Shown here piece by piece: positions 1 through 9,456 of a DNA stretch of 64,000 nucleotides. A program made the translations under genes and the position numbers. Position 1 is the stretch's first letter; each line of letters starts with the position of its first letter. The stretch comes from a phage. The stretch lies in NCBI GenBank assembly GCA_022979955.1, contig GCA_022979955.1_3642.1. One strand, written 5' to 3'. The notes under the pieces were generated by a model. That model had not been told where the DNA came from and made no database searches. It worked only from the letters and a program-made list of their open reading frames with translations.

Positions 1-27
1 GGGGCCGTTTGGCCCCTTTCTTTTTAT
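1..27 (+). terminator. rho-independent terminator at window edge
   Basis: GGGGCC-GTTT-GGCCCC hairpin followed by TTTCTTTTT; shares the GGCCCCTTTCTTTTT core with the terminator at 45066. Confidence 0.5.
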
Positions 28-29
28 AG

Positions 30-230
30 TTAGTAATACTCCCAACATGCCCCATCTTCAGACGGCTTGACGCGCTTACCTTTATGGTCAACATAGGTAT
101 AGCCACAACCTTCACAAATAACAGGTGCTGCATAGCCTTCCTTCCACTGATCCTCAGTGATCAGACCTTCCAAATCTTTGCAGTCAAAGCCAAACAACTC
201 TTCAGAGCAATCTTTACAAAAATCAGCCAT
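30..230 (-). CDS. small Cys-rich protein (zinc-ribbon-like)
   Basis: 66-aa ORF with two CxxC pairs (CKDC, CEGC); co-directional with neighbouring minus-strand genes. Confidence 0.45.
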   Translation of the reverse strand: MADFCKDCSEELFGFDCKDLEGLITEDQWKEGYAAPVICEGCGYTYVDHKGKRVKPSEDGACWEYY

Positions 231-233
231 TTA

Positions 234-680
234 TCAGTCCTCGCATTTAACAAATTTTTCTACAGATCCACCAAGCACAGCTTGTTGTTTGATGGCACTT
301 TCTTCATCATAGTGGATAGACTTATGTTCCGTACCTCCAAACTTACCTGTGTGGAAGGTGTGCACCCAAATCTCTTTAGGAAGGGATTTATTCTCTTCTT
401 CCACCAACTCCCACATTCCCCATAAGTGATCTGTGATATCTCTGATGAAATATCCCTCGCCGAGGTTTGTATTCACACTATAAGCTGATTCGTGATCTCC
501 ACAAATATAACGGAAGGCGGTGTACTCTTTCCCTGGCGTGAAGTGGGTATCCATTAGTATAGCTGTTAAAGAATTAGGGTCTCGAAATCCCAAAAACTTT
601 AGTTTAACAATTTCGACGTTCACATTTGCAAGATTATCCATGACGATCTCCCCTGTTTGGTTGGTGAGATAATCATACAT
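234..680 (-). CDS. hypothetical protein (weak 2H-phosphoesterase-like HxT motifs)
   Basis: 148-aa ORF packed 3 nt from upstream gene; two H-x-T motifs (THFT, HTFHTG); functional call is inference only. Confidence 0.45.
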   Translation of the reverse strand: MYDYLTNQTGEIVMDNLANVNVEIVKLKFLGFRDPNSLTAILMDTHFTPGKEYTAFRYICGDHESAYSVNTNLGEGYFIRDITDHLWGMWELVEEENKSLPKEIWVHTFHTGKFGGTEHKSIHYDEESAIKQQAVLGGSVEKFVKCED

Positions 681-805
681 AGATCTGATGTTGGGGTCAA
701 GCTTAATTTTAAACGATTTTGGGGAGGTATTTTGTTCAGGAGGGTAATCACATAAGGTAGGGCAATTTAGGAAGGCACAGGCCTCGTTTGAGGCCTTAAA
801 ACAGA

Positions 806-1186
806 TTATGACGCTTTGACGTAGCGCTCTGACAAAGCTGGGAAGCCAAAAGCAGCACCTACACTACCGTACGCTATCCACCATTGAAGTTCATCGTGAC
901 ACCATTTTCCGATCAGAAAGGTGCTTGGGTAGCGGGTCAGTATTTTGGCATAAGCTTTAGGGTCTGCATCTTCTGGGATAATGATGCTTGGAACATCTTT
1001 GTTGTGACCACAGCAGCAGTTTAGAGTTTTCAATCCTGCTGCCCATAGACTCATAATAGGCTTAACCATGCACTTATCAAGGCACACACGTTTTTTGCCG
1101 TCACGGAGCTTTTTAGGCACATCAACGATAACATTTGGATGCTTGGCACCTTTCACTTTCCAATTATAGGATTTACACTTGCACAT
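806..1186 (-). CDS. hypothetical Cys-rich protein
   Basis: 126-aa ORF in minus-strand block; several Cys clusters (CKCK, NCCCGH). Confidence 0.4.
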   Translation of the reverse strand: MCKCKSYNWKVKGAKHPNVIVDVPKKLRDGKKRVCLDKCMVKPIMSLWAAGLKTLNCCCGHNKDVPSIIIPEDADPKAYAKILTRYPSTFLIGKWCHDELQWWIAYGSVGAAFGFPALSERYVKAS

Positions 1187-1489
1187 TTAATCAGTCTCCG
1201 TCTAGAAAGCTATGTAACTAAAAATGACGCACAAAACTACCTAGCAATGCAATCTTATACCTGCGGTGAGTTAAGTGCGCTGCAGGGGCTCCTGTTGCGT
1301 TTTAAGTCATATCTTACTTAAAGTCTTTATCACCTGCCACGATTGCATGAATCCACTCATTGTGATGCTCAATAGCGGTGAGATGTAGCATGATGTAGTG
1401 ATCGTCATTGCCAAACATGGTATGATAGGCTTTGGCAGCATTTTGATATAACTTCCACATCAGGTAATGATATCTTCGCCTCATGGCTC

Positions 1490-1960
1490 TTACTCCGGTT
1501 CAGGATCTGGGTAATCTTCAATAATAAAGGGCCATCCGTTCCGCTTAGCCTCAGACTTATACTCGATCTCCTTCATTGCAAACTCTAACTGATTCTTAGC
1601 CGGAATACATGCCGGAGAATCATCAATCCAGATATCTGGGTAGATATCAAACTGCGCCAGATAGGCTGCCTTCTGAACACCACCAGTATAAAACACACCA
1701 ACATTGAGCTCCTTGCGCCAATACTCGATGTCTACATTGTCTTGAGTAATGAATCGGAAAGTCACAAGGTAGACTGTCCACCCCTCTTTCTTCAGATCCC
1801 TGATCAGGCGGGAGAAGATGAAAGGGCTCGCATTAAACGTTCCATCAAAGTCAATGGCGATGATGTGCGTGCCGTGGCGAGTCTCATATGGATTGCTCGT
1901 GGTAAGATTGCTGTAGTTAAAAGGAACTTCTTCCCCGCAGTAGCTGTAGTCCATATTCAC
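1490..1960 (-). CDS. HAD-superfamily phosphatase-like protein
   Basis: HAD motif I DxDGT (IAIDFDGT) near N-terminus and acidic WIDD motif near C-terminus. Confidence 0.6.
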   Translation of the reverse strand: MNMDYSYCGEEVPFNYSNLTTSNPYETRHGTHIIAIDFDGTFNASPFIFSRLIRDLKKEGWTVYLVTFRFITQDNVDIEYWRKELNVGVFYTGGVQKAAYLAQFDIYPDIWIDDSPACIPAKNQLEFAMKEIEYKSEAKRNGWPFIIEDYPDPEPE

Positions 1961-2232
1961 ACCTTCTCGTTGATAAATTTACGGGCGGTTTGGTGAGTTG
2001 TTTCTGCTGTCTTCAGAATGATATTAATTTTATTGTCAAGATCATTCATCTCTGCAGTTAATTCAGGAATCTCTCCGGCATGCATGGTAAAATCATACAT
2101 AGACATGCCCAGAATCTCATTGATTCGGCGGTTGCATTCTGCAGCACGCTGGTTCATTTTCCAAGCTAACACCAGAGCCTCTTGCGTAGCCTCCAGTGCA
2201 AAGTCTAATACGTCAGCTTCTTCTTTCGTCAT
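1957..2232 (-). CDS. hypothetical protein
   Basis: 91-aa ORF; stop overlaps start of downstream gene (coupling). Confidence 0.4.
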   Translation of the reverse strand: MTKEEADVLDFALEATQEALVLAWKMNQRAAECNRRINEILGMSMYDFTMHAGEIPELTAEMNDLDNKINIILKTAETTHQTARKFINEKV

Positions 2233-2287
2233 CTCAGTCTCTCTTGTTGTATTGTTGGTAGGTGCATGAACACCTTATATCTCACTT

Positions 2288-2854
2288 TTATTCAAACTGC
2301 AATAGCAAGTCCACCACCGCACTAGGCCTGTCAACAAATTCCCCAGGTCCACATGCCCATAGAGGGTATCCATCAACATACCGCCATATCCAACCTGCAG
2401 TGTGAAGCTCAAGCAGGGCAGTGCCGTCCTTACTGTCAACCACCCTTTCCCACAGTGTTGGGCAGCGAAGCTTGAGAATCGGGTCCCCGCCCTTATACCC
2501 GTCCATGTAGATACCCATTGCAAAGTTCAGCATCATCTTTTTGTGCACTGATCTCTTACTGAGGGTGCTCATCACTTCCTCTTTGTGAATGTTTGTAAGC
2601 TTCTCTTTGGCTACCCGCAGATCATTGCAACCATTGTTCAGCAGATCTTCCAGACACTTGATCCGAAGGTCGTGAATGTCTTTGTCGTGTACAGTTGGCA
2701 CGGGGTCGTAGCGGTATAGCACCGTTGATACAAGGTTGCTCGGGTGTGGGTCTGACAGCAACCCATAACCCCAATACTCTTCTGTATCTGAAAGGACAAG
2801 ACACCCAATGTCTCTGTCAAGCTTTCCTGTGTTGTAAGCCACATTGACCGCCAT
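2288..2854 (-). CDS. hypothetical protein
   Basis: 188-aa ORF in co-directional block. Confidence 0.45.
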   Translation of the reverse strand: MAVNVAYNTGKLDRDIGCLVLSDTEEYWGYGLLSDPHPSNLVSTVLYRYDPVPTVHDKDIHDLRIKCLEDLLNNGCNDLRVAKEKLTNIHKEEVMSTLSKRSVHKKMMLNFAMGIYMDGYKGGDPILKLRCPTLWERVVDSKDGTALLELHTAGWIWRYVDGYPLWACGPGEFVDRPSAVVDLLLQFE

Positions 2855-2856
2855 GA

Positions 2857-3102
2857 CTATAGCTCCACTAGCAAAGTGCTTTCAAAGTGCCGTTCATGCA
2901 AACCGTTGTAAGGGACCACTTCTACAACGCCATCACGGACATATGGGGCCATCATGGTGGTATAATCTCCAAACGGGTTGGTATTGTCACTAACCACAAC
3001 CACCTTCTGCCCTTCCTTGGCAGAGTGCCAAATAGATCTGCACTTCATCAGGTGTTCGAGAGCTCCAGGTAAAATTTTGTTACGTTCTTTACGGGTCTTC
3101 AT
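2857..3102 (-). CDS. hypothetical protein
   Basis: 81-aa ORF, 2-nt gap to downstream gene. Confidence 0.4.
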   Translation of the reverse strand: MKTRKERNKILPGALEHLMKCRSIWHSAKEGQKVVVVSDNTNPFGDYTTMMAPYVRDGVVEVVPYNGLHERHFESTLLVEL

Positions 3103-3548
3103 AACAGATATAGCTCCTTATGAAAGTGGTCTTTTAATTTCTCACTGAGAAACTTCTTGATACCTTCCTCTAAAGTGTTTTCGATGTAGTCCAGCTTAAC
3201 TGCTTCGATGGACATATCATAGATTGCCAGCTCTAAGCTGTCAAGTCCCATCATAGCATGAACCATAAGATTTTCATCTTCAGATACATTCAGGGGACTT
3301 CCTATAACATCTGTAGGTAGGATAGTTTCCCAATTATTCTGGGGGGCAGTTCTCCCACCATCCACTTTACGGCGCAGTTCGAAGGTGTTCTTAGTGTAGA
3401 ACACTTCATAAGAAACGATACGACTATCACTCTCATAATAAACGAAGTTCAGGTAGGAGCCTAGCCGCAGTCGGCAAACTTCTACCCCAAACCATTGTTT
3501 CTTATAAGAATTCAGGCTAATGCTGTCGCATTCACGCTTGCTCAACAC
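3099..3548 (-). CDS. hypothetical protein
   Basis: 149-aa ORF, 4-nt overlap with downstream gene. Confidence 0.45.
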   Translation of the reverse strand: MLSKRECDSISLNSYKKQWFGVEVCRLRLGSYLNFVYYESDSRIVSYEVFYTKNTFELRRKVDGGRTAPQNNWETILPTDVIGSPLNVSEDENLMVHAMMGLDSLELAIYDMSIEAVKLDYIENTLEEGIKKFLSEKLKDHFHKELYLL

Positions 3549-3564
3549 GGCTATCTCCTTTTTG

Positions 3565-3798
3565 TTAATCTTCGTAAATCAGGATTTCTGCTTTAGGTTT
3601 TCGTGCTTTCAAGTCCAGCTCTATCCAGTGCACCATAGCTGTTTCAAGAAAAACAGCTTGGATGCATCCGTCCTCAGCGTGCCCCACCAACATAACAAGA
3701 TCTTCACCTTCGTCATCTGCATCACGAACATACAGAATCTCTCCAGATTCAAAGTCTTTCACAACCTGATTGCTGGATAATTTACGAATTTTTGCCAT
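3565..3798 (-). CDS. hypothetical protein
   Basis: 77-aa ORF in operon-like packing. Confidence 0.4.
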   Translation of the reverse strand: MAKIRKLSSNQVVKDFESGEILYVRDADDEGEDLVMLVGHAEDGCIQAVFLETAMVHWIELDLKARKPKAEILIYED

Positions 3799-3799
3799 A

Positions 3800-4063
3800 T
3801 CAGAAACCCTCTAAAAAGCTCTTGTAGAAAATAATTTCAGTATCAACACCAGTCACGATCTTGTCGTTCCTGATTTCATCGGTAAGATAGGTGTCAAAAC
3901 GCAGAACCTGTGTGGTATTGTCGCACATCCACTCAGCTGTGACCATGGCGAAAATCTTAGCATCTTCATTATCTGGTGTAAATGTTACCACCTCACCACA
4001 TTTAAATTTTTCGATAGGTTGCGTGTTAGCTTTCGGTTCTGCAATAGTGATTTTCGTGGTCAT
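3800..4063 (-). CDS. hypothetical protein
   Basis: 87-aa ORF, 1-nt gap to next gene. Confidence 0.4.
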   Translation of the reverse strand: MTTKITIAEPKANTQPIEKFKCGEVVTFTPDNEDAKIFAMVTAEWMCDNTTQVLRFDTYLTDEIRNDKIVTGVDTEIIFYKSFLEGF

Positions 4064-4326
4064 TACTCTTCCTCCATAGTTTCACCAAATACTTCGATAC
4101 GAGCATCGAGCTCGGTTGCTTTCAGCTCCCCAACAAAATATTTTAGTTCTTTCTTGTCCAGATCGTAAGCCCACACACAAGAAGAACATGCAGTCACAAT
4201 CAGCAGCGTAGATACACGACCTGACTCTGTGATCATGCTCACAATGGTTCCCACAGGGAACGTGTTGATAGCTTTTTTAACTGGGCGTTCAGCTTTAATT
4301 ACTACCTCTGTTGCCATAAATAACAT
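4063..4326 (-). CDS. hypothetical protein
   Basis: 87-aa ORF, overlaps neighbour by 1 nt. Confidence 0.4.
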   Translation of the reverse strand: MLFMATEVVIKAERPVKKAINTFPVGTIVSMITESGRVSTLLIVTACSSCVWAYDLDKKELKYFVGELKATELDARIEVFGETMEEE

Positions 4327-4332
4327 CCTCTC

Positions 4333-5826
4333 TTACTTAGCGTACTCGATTAATTCCACAGTTTTCCCAAAGCTAGGGATATAATTTTTATTATACCCTT
4401 CGGTGAGAACCCATAAAGTATCGTACTTTTTCCACTTGTTGTCAACAGCCTTTTGTTCAAAGTTATGCTCAAAGTATAGGTCGGTCAGGACGATGACATC
4501 TTTTGCATTCGGTATGTTGGCATCCAGATACTCGAACACGCAAGCAGCTGTTGTGCCCCATGTTGAGTGTACCTCATAGTTGATCATCTCGTCTATGTTG
4601 CCGCGAGTGTATACTTTAACCTCTCCGACTTCAGTTGACCAACAGAACATTGTAACCTTAAACTCTTTATACAGATTGCACAATCCGGTGATTTCATTGA
4701 ACATTTTCTTTAAAGTTCTTTGAGAGATCGAGCCAGAAACGTCTAAAGCTACCACAATATCTATGGTGTTTTCCGGATTACGACCAGGAACAATAACGTG
4801 CTGGTTCTTGTTTATAGCCCCAACTTTTCGCATTGTGCTGGTCAAAGACCCAGATCGGCGACCAGGTTTTCTGTAGGTCAGTTCAGCCTTTCGTTTAGAC
4901 AACATGCGTTGCTTGATGATGTCTATATAATTAATTACAGGCTTACCTCTATTCTTGACAAACTCACGAACCGCCTCAGGGCAACGGCCTCCGGAAGCTT
5001 GCATTGCTGCCTCCAGCATGTCACCAGAGTCCTGCATGGCCTGATCTTTATCAGATTGACTGATTACAGGTTGTGGCTGATCATACCCCATAGCCTTTCC
5101 AAGATCATCACTAGTGCCACCGTTACCACTCATGTGATCGTCGGTTTGTCGTTTATCTCCTTGAGAGTTCTCGCCTTTACCGTTCTTACTTTTACCGCTA
5201 TTCTGATCTCTTTGCTTATCAAGAACCGCATAGACGTTCTCAGCAATCCATCCATGGAACCTCATGTCACAGTAGCAACTAGCTAAGAAGCCAAAAGGCT
5301 TACCTTTTACAAACGTAGTGCTTTTCCCCTTCGGGAAGAAAACACAAGGGGGCTTGCTAAAGTCAACCACAAGACCTGTGTTGATAACATGATCACAGGC
5401 AATATTGAACAGCTCCGGCTCAAAACTTTTGCCACGGACCAGATGATCACAGATAATATGCCCCACCTCATGCGATAGAAGAAATGCCACCTCTTTCACA
5501 GATTTTGGGGAATAGAAAACCTCAGCCATCTCAAACTGCTTGTCAGTCAAAGATGCTTTAAGAATGGTTTTGCGCTCATCCGCCAATCCCATAATGAACT
5601 CAGGGCTGTAATAAATGCGTTTATGGTCTGTTGCCATGGTGGAGCACCATGTGTGGTTTTCTACGAACTGCAACCCTGACAACAGTGTGCCATAAAACGG
5701 CAGTTTTTCAAGAAGATACATACGTGCTGCCTGCAGCATTCGCAAGGCGTCATCTTTTTGTGCGGCAATGATTTCTGAACTTCTGCTATCCATTAAAACT
5801 CCAGAAGGGGACTTGGCCCCTGTCAT
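4333..5826 (-). CDS. vWA-domain protein with zincin-like HExxH motif
   Basis: HEVGH (HExxH) in N-terminal half; MIDAS-like DxSGS (ALDVSGS) in C-terminal half; a MoxR-type AAA+ ATPase is encoded at 9456. Confidence 0.7.
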   Translation of the reverse strand: MTGAKSPSGVLMDSRSSEIIAAQKDDALRMLQAARMYLLEKLPFYGTLLSGLQFVENHTWCSTMATDHKRIYYSPEFIMGLADERKTILKASLTDKQFEMAEVFYSPKSVKEVAFLLSHEVGHIICDHLVRGKSFEPELFNIACDHVINTGLVVDFSKPPCVFFPKGKSTTFVKGKPFGFLASCYCDMRFHGWIAENVYAVLDKQRDQNSGKSKNGKGENSQGDKRQTDDHMSGNGGTSDDLGKAMGYDQPQPVISQSDKDQAMQDSGDMLEAAMQASGGRCPEAVREFVKNRGKPVINYIDIIKQRMLSKRKAELTYRKPGRRSGSLTSTMRKVGAINKNQHVIVPGRNPENTIDIVVALDVSGSISQRTLKKMFNEITGLCNLYKEFKVTMFCWSTEVGEVKVYTRGNIDEMINYEVHSTWGTTAACVFEYLDANIPNAKDVIVLTDLYFEHNFEQKAVDNKWKKYDTLWVLTEGYNKNYIPSFGKTVELIEYAK

Positions 5827-6815
5827 TATTTAACGTGCTTGAAAATACCAGCCAACTCGGTCATTGTCATGCGGGTGGTCTTCATAAGGTCTGTCATAGC
5901 CTTCTCCATAATTGGAGATACTACCATAAAGTTACCTTTGGTGAAACCTTTATTCCAATCAGTCACTAATAGTGGTTTAAGTCCGGTCCCGAGACGCTCA
6001 CCAGTTAAAGCACAACATTTTCGAATATACGTGCTCTTAAACTGACTGAATGACAGATCAACTTTCATACCTGCATCGTAGAACGTCTGGCAATAGAAAG
6101 TGTAAGCTTTGGCAATCTCAACATCGTCAGGCAGTGCAGGAACCTCTTCTGTAAGCTCTTCTTCGGCCTCTTGAGGCTCTTTTTCCTCTTCGTGATCCTG
6201 TTGCATCATTTCTTCAATCTCTTCTGTTACAGGCTCATTTACGATGTCAGAAATGTGCTTGTTGGCTCCACGATTAGCCATGAAGTTTTTAAAATCCTGC
6301 ATTGGTGACATATCTTCCTCCCATTCTTCGTCAAAGAGTGCTAGTTTATCCTCTTCCGTTCCATATTGCAAGATGAAATCTTCAAAAGTGTAATCACCTT
6401 TCAATTTCTCCATACGCTCTTCGCTCAGGTGGAGCATCATCTGCTGGACAATTTTTCGATCAGTTTTGTCTTTAATCAAGACTGCGGTCTTTTTATCTAC
6501 CAGACAGTCCTTTAGAGAGTTGCATCTCAATCCCACCACACAACAATTATCAACAGCATAAGGACCTTCATCATCTATCCGCTCTAGGGAGGGGTAGAAA
6601 GGATTTCCCAGTCCGTTTTCATCTGTGTGCATATCGAAAGGTATAAGGGTATAGTCGCACACCCCCTCTCCTAAAAGTTTTTTACCAAATAGGAGGTATT
6701 CTTCCCATGACAGGTTGAACTCTATATCTCGTTTCCGTGCATTATTTTGTTTGCGTCTGTATTTTTTGAGCAAGCGCTCTAACTCTTCTGGTGTATAATA
6801 TTTTTCAAGATTCAT
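5826..6815 (-). CDS. hypothetical protein
   Basis: ORF is open to 7004, but ATG at 6815 lies about 25 nt downstream of a minus-strand promoter with AAGAGA SD-like sequence; the longer start would overlap the promoter and start of the divergent plus gene. Confidence 0.45.
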   Translation of the reverse strand: MNLEKYYTPEELERLLKKYRRKQNNARKRDIEFNLSWEEYLLFGKKLLGEGVCDYTLIPFDMHTDENGLGNPFYPSLERIDDEGPYAVDNCCVVGLRCNSLKDCLVDKKTAVLIKDKTDRKIVQQMMLHLSEERMEKLKGDYTFEDFILQYGTEEDKLALFDEEWEEDMSPMQDFKNFMANRGANKHISDIVNEPVTEEIEEMMQQDHEEEKEPQEAEEELTEEVPALPDDVEIAKAYTFYCQTFYDAGMKVDLSFSQFKSTYIRKCCALTGERLGTGLKPLLVTDWNKGFTKGNFMVVSPIMEKAMTDLMKTTRMTMTELAGIFKHVK

Positions 6816-6846
6816 GAGTTGTCTCTTGTGCTCTGTAGGTGAAGAA

Positions 6847-6875
6847 ATCTTATCAAGTGCCTCAACAGATGTCAA
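6847..6875 (-). promoter_or_regulatory. sigma70-like promoter (leftward)
   Basis: TTGACA-17-TAAGAT read on minus strand. Confidence 0.5.
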
Positions 6876-6888
6876 CCTCAAAAACGTG

Positions 6889-6917
6889 TTGACTTTACCC
6901 CAAATCCACGATATAGT
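6889..6917 (+). promoter_or_regulatory. sigma70-like promoter (rightward)
   Basis: TTGACT-17-TATAGT, back to back with the leftward promoter. Confidence 0.6.
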
Positions 6918-6957
6918 GCACCCATTCGAAAGAAAACGAACACAGGAGTACTTAATC

Positions 6958-7857
6958 ATGGCAAATCTTAACAGCTTTAGCACTCGATGGAAACAAGATA
7001 TCACAACTAATCTCTCAGCAGGCGATATCCTTTCTGCAATTTACGAGGCTTTGGATGATAAAGCTACTTCAAAATCGGTTTGTACCAACCCGTTAATTCC
7101 TATGGTAATGAAGGTGATTGAGCGTAGGTTGGTATCCGGATCTGATAAGTGGACATATCTGGATAATGGAGGCCACACTTACTCCAACGGATATGTCGAT
7201 ATAAAAGTAGAATATGCGGTATCATATCGCCGGAGCGGCTCTGTAACTTTCAACTTCTCTGGTGGTTTCCGATCTCTGGCAACTTCACCTTTTGTTTCCT
7301 CAGAGGAGAGGTTTGAACTTCCGTTCCTTTGGATGATGGCTAACGCGACAGGCAAAACCCCTGTAAGCATTCGCGTAAAATACAACTACAACGGATCTAG
7401 TAAGATCTATGCCGAGAGTGTCTCAGCAAGTTTTTATTTTGTGATGGGGGATGGAATCCTCAAACATATAAAGATGTGCGATATGCATGATGTTATAAAT
7501 GAAGTGACTGATAAGAATGTTCTAGTGAAAGACCTCAACAATTTTTATACACCCGGAGACTATTACGTCAGCCGTCCACTGTGCATCTTTAATGCCGCAC
7601 ACCCTCTAGGTGAGTATTTGATCGCCAATAGCGATATTGCCAATAACCGCTTCGAGGTAGCAAGAGTTCAGAATGAGGTATTGACATCTTGCAAGAGCGG
7701 TGATAAGTTTACCGAAGAAGAGATGGGTGTTTTAGAAATGATGGGATATAAGTGTAGCCTTTGGGTAGATGAGGTGTTTAATGATTGCATCTATGGACAG
7801 GATATTTACCCATTAAAGAAGTATACTGATTCCAGTTTAATTTACGCGGAGATTTGA
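6958..7857 (+). CDS. hypothetical protein
   Basis: ATG at 6958 preceded by AGGAG (6944-6948); the longest-ORF start at 6814 would lie inside the divergent promoter region. Confidence 0.5.
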   Translation: MANLNSFSTRWKQDITTNLSAGDILSAIYEALDDKATSKSVCTNPLIPMVMKVIERRLVSGSDKWTYLDNGGHTYSNGYVDIKVEYAVSYRRSGSVTFNFSGGFRSLATSPFVSSEERFELPFLWMMANATGKTPVSIRVKYNYNGSSKIYAESVSASFYFVMGDGILKHIKMCDMHDVINEVTDKNVLVKDLNNFYTPGDYYVSRPLCIFNAAHPLGEYLIANSDIANNRFEVARVQNEVLTSCKSGDKFTEEEMGVLEMMGYKCSLWVDEVFNDCIYGQDIYPLKKYTDSSLIYAEI

Positions 7858-8132
7858 CTATGATGAAGTCATGTGGTAGTGTATATTATGTTGGTGAGAA
7901 TGTTCAGGCAGATAGTGTGTGGAAATCCATTAAGTCCACCACCGATGATGCCTTTCTGAGCGGGTTATGTTTTCCCAGCCCAGGGGACACCCTCCCTTAC
8001 CCTGGAGATTTTGTTGTCAACAAGATGGACGGTTATACCGTGTGCCTGATGGTTGAAAAAATCTTTTTAGACACTAGACACAATCACCGTCTTGTGTTAA
8101 AATTTCAAGAATGTAAAATGACAATTGCCTAA
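7854..8132 (+). CDS. hypothetical protein
   Basis: 92-aa ORF, 4-nt overlap with upstream gene. Confidence 0.4.
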   Translation: MTMMKSCGSVYYVGENVQADSVWKSIKSTTDDAFLSGLCFPSPGDTLPYPGDFVVNKMDGYTVCLMVEKIFLDTRHNHRLVLKFQECKMTIA

Positions 8133-8145
8133 GGAGACCTTGCCG

Positions 8146-8502
8146 ATGTCTAAAGTTACTTATCGTGCAGCTATTTACTGCAATGAACACCCAATCAATA
8201 GTGATGGTCACTGCCTTTTTAAAGAAAATCAATTGGGCTGTATTGTCCTCCCTGATGAAGGGGAAGGTTATCTGATTGCATTGACAGGGTTTGAACCTGA
8301 AGCTCTGGAAGCCAATCTGGACTACCTGGTAGAAGAGGGTGCTGCAGACCTGGTTGCCAATGGCTTCTCCGTAAGCCTTGACGAAGTGGAGCGCTTCATG
8401 GGTAATTACCGTGTAGTGCGTGAGTTTACTATCGAGGTGGAAACTCCAGAGTGGGGTAGCACTGAAACTAATGCCGAAGAAAAAGAAGAGGAGGTAGAAT
8501 AA
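8146..8502 (+). CDS. hypothetical protein
   Basis: ATG 8 nt after AAGGAGA; longer ORF start at 8125 lacks SD. Confidence 0.45.
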   Translation: MSKVTYRAAIYCNEHPINSDGHCLFKENQLGCIVLPDEGEGYLIALTGFEPEALEANLDYLVEEGAADLVANGFSVSLDEVERFMGNYRVVREFTIEVETPEWGSTETNAEEKEEEVE

Positions 8503-8759
8503 TGAAAGTACAGATCTTGACTAATGCCGAGAAGATGTTTATTGAAGATACACCTTTTGAAGCTGGTGAGCTACAGTTTGTTTATTTTGTTGACTTAGAT
8601 AAGGTGTTTCCTGCACTGAATCTGGGTCTGGATGAAGTTCCTCATAAGGTTTTGTGCCAAGTTGTTCGTGCCTTAGCGGCAGAGGGGGAGTTCCACACCC
8701 TTCAAGATGTCCAGACCTACGGGTATCTTGAACTACAACGAGAAGAAGAGGTGGACTGA
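8502..8759 (+). CDS. hypothetical protein
   Basis: 85-aa ORF, stop/start overlap with upstream gene. Confidence 0.4.
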   Translation: MKVQILTNAEKMFIEDTPFEAGELQFVYFVDLDKVFPALNLGLDEVPHKVLCQVVRALAAEGEFHTLQDVQTYGYLELQREEEVD

Positions 8760-8761
8760 TA

Positions 8762-9142
8762 ATGGCACGGTGGAAGACAACAGTTGACCTTCATGATCAG
8801 TGGTTAGGACGCATCACTGAAGACGGGAAACTAGTGGAGTGGGACAATAAGCATGTTAGCGAGTTGGCAAGCATTGTGGCTGGCAAGTTACGCTCCAAGT
8901 TCCCTGAACAACTGGATCCTGATAATTCAAAGTTCGATCCTGAGTTGGAGGATGTTGTATACTACTTCGATACCGTGGATGACTACGATGCGTGGTTTGC
9001 AGCACGGGAGCTTTACCCACAAGGCTCTGCTATGCGCCAGATGGAAGAAGATTATCCTCCGTGTGAGCAATTCAATAGTGCAATGACTTGCCTCTATGAT
9101 TGGGCAGATAAGAACCTTGTCTGGATTCGGACTGCATTTTAG
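8762..9142 (+). CDS. hypothetical protein
   Basis: 126-aa ORF in co-directional block. Confidence 0.45.
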   Translation: MARWKTTVDLHDQWLGRITEDGKLVEWDNKHVSELASIVAGKLRSKFPEQLDPDNSKFDPELEDVVYYFDTVDDYDAWFAARELYPQGSAMRQMEEDYPPCEQFNSAMTCLYDWADKNLVWIRTAF

Positions 9143-9186
9143 TGGGCAGGAATGGCGGCAAGGATGCTGCTTAAGGAGTAGTAGAG

Positions 9187-9456
9187 ATGTTATACCAGCA
9201 ATATGAACTTCGTGCAGAAAAAGAGTTAAATTTTGACAAAGATATTCACAGATATTATTATGGGAAAGTTAGAGGGCAAGCAAGAAAGTGTACTCCAACA
9301 CTCTTTTATGCCAGCAGACGACTAGCGCCAGAAGAGGCAACAGTAGAAAGGGTTGCGTACAACTGGAGAGTCACGTATGATATTGATAGATTCGATGTGA
9401 TATCTGTTTTGGAAAACTTTGAAAACACTTACACACAAGTAGAGGACTTTTACTAA
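9187..9456 (+). CDS. hypothetical protein
   Basis: 89-aa ORF, overlaps start of AAA+ ATPase gene. Confidence 0.4.
   Translation: MLYQQYELRAEKELNFDKDIHRYYYGKVRGQARKCTPTLFYASRRLAPEEATVERVAYNWRVTYDIDRFDVISVLENFENTYTQVEDFY

Noticed and set aside
84-425. Plus-strand 113-aa ORF overlapping minus-strand genes at 30-680
   Set aside because: Antisense shadow ORF inside a densely packed minus-strand block; no SD; low-complexity translation.
4798-5286. Plus-strand 162-aa ORF inside the vWA/HExxH gene
   Set aside because: Lies entirely antisense to a gene with clear conserved motifs; no start context.
6814-7004. Longest-ORF starts for the divergent genes (6814 plus, 7004 minus)
   Set aside because: They would make the two genes overlap by about 190 nt across both promoters; downstream ATGs at 6958 and 6815 have SD-like sequences and sit after the promoters.
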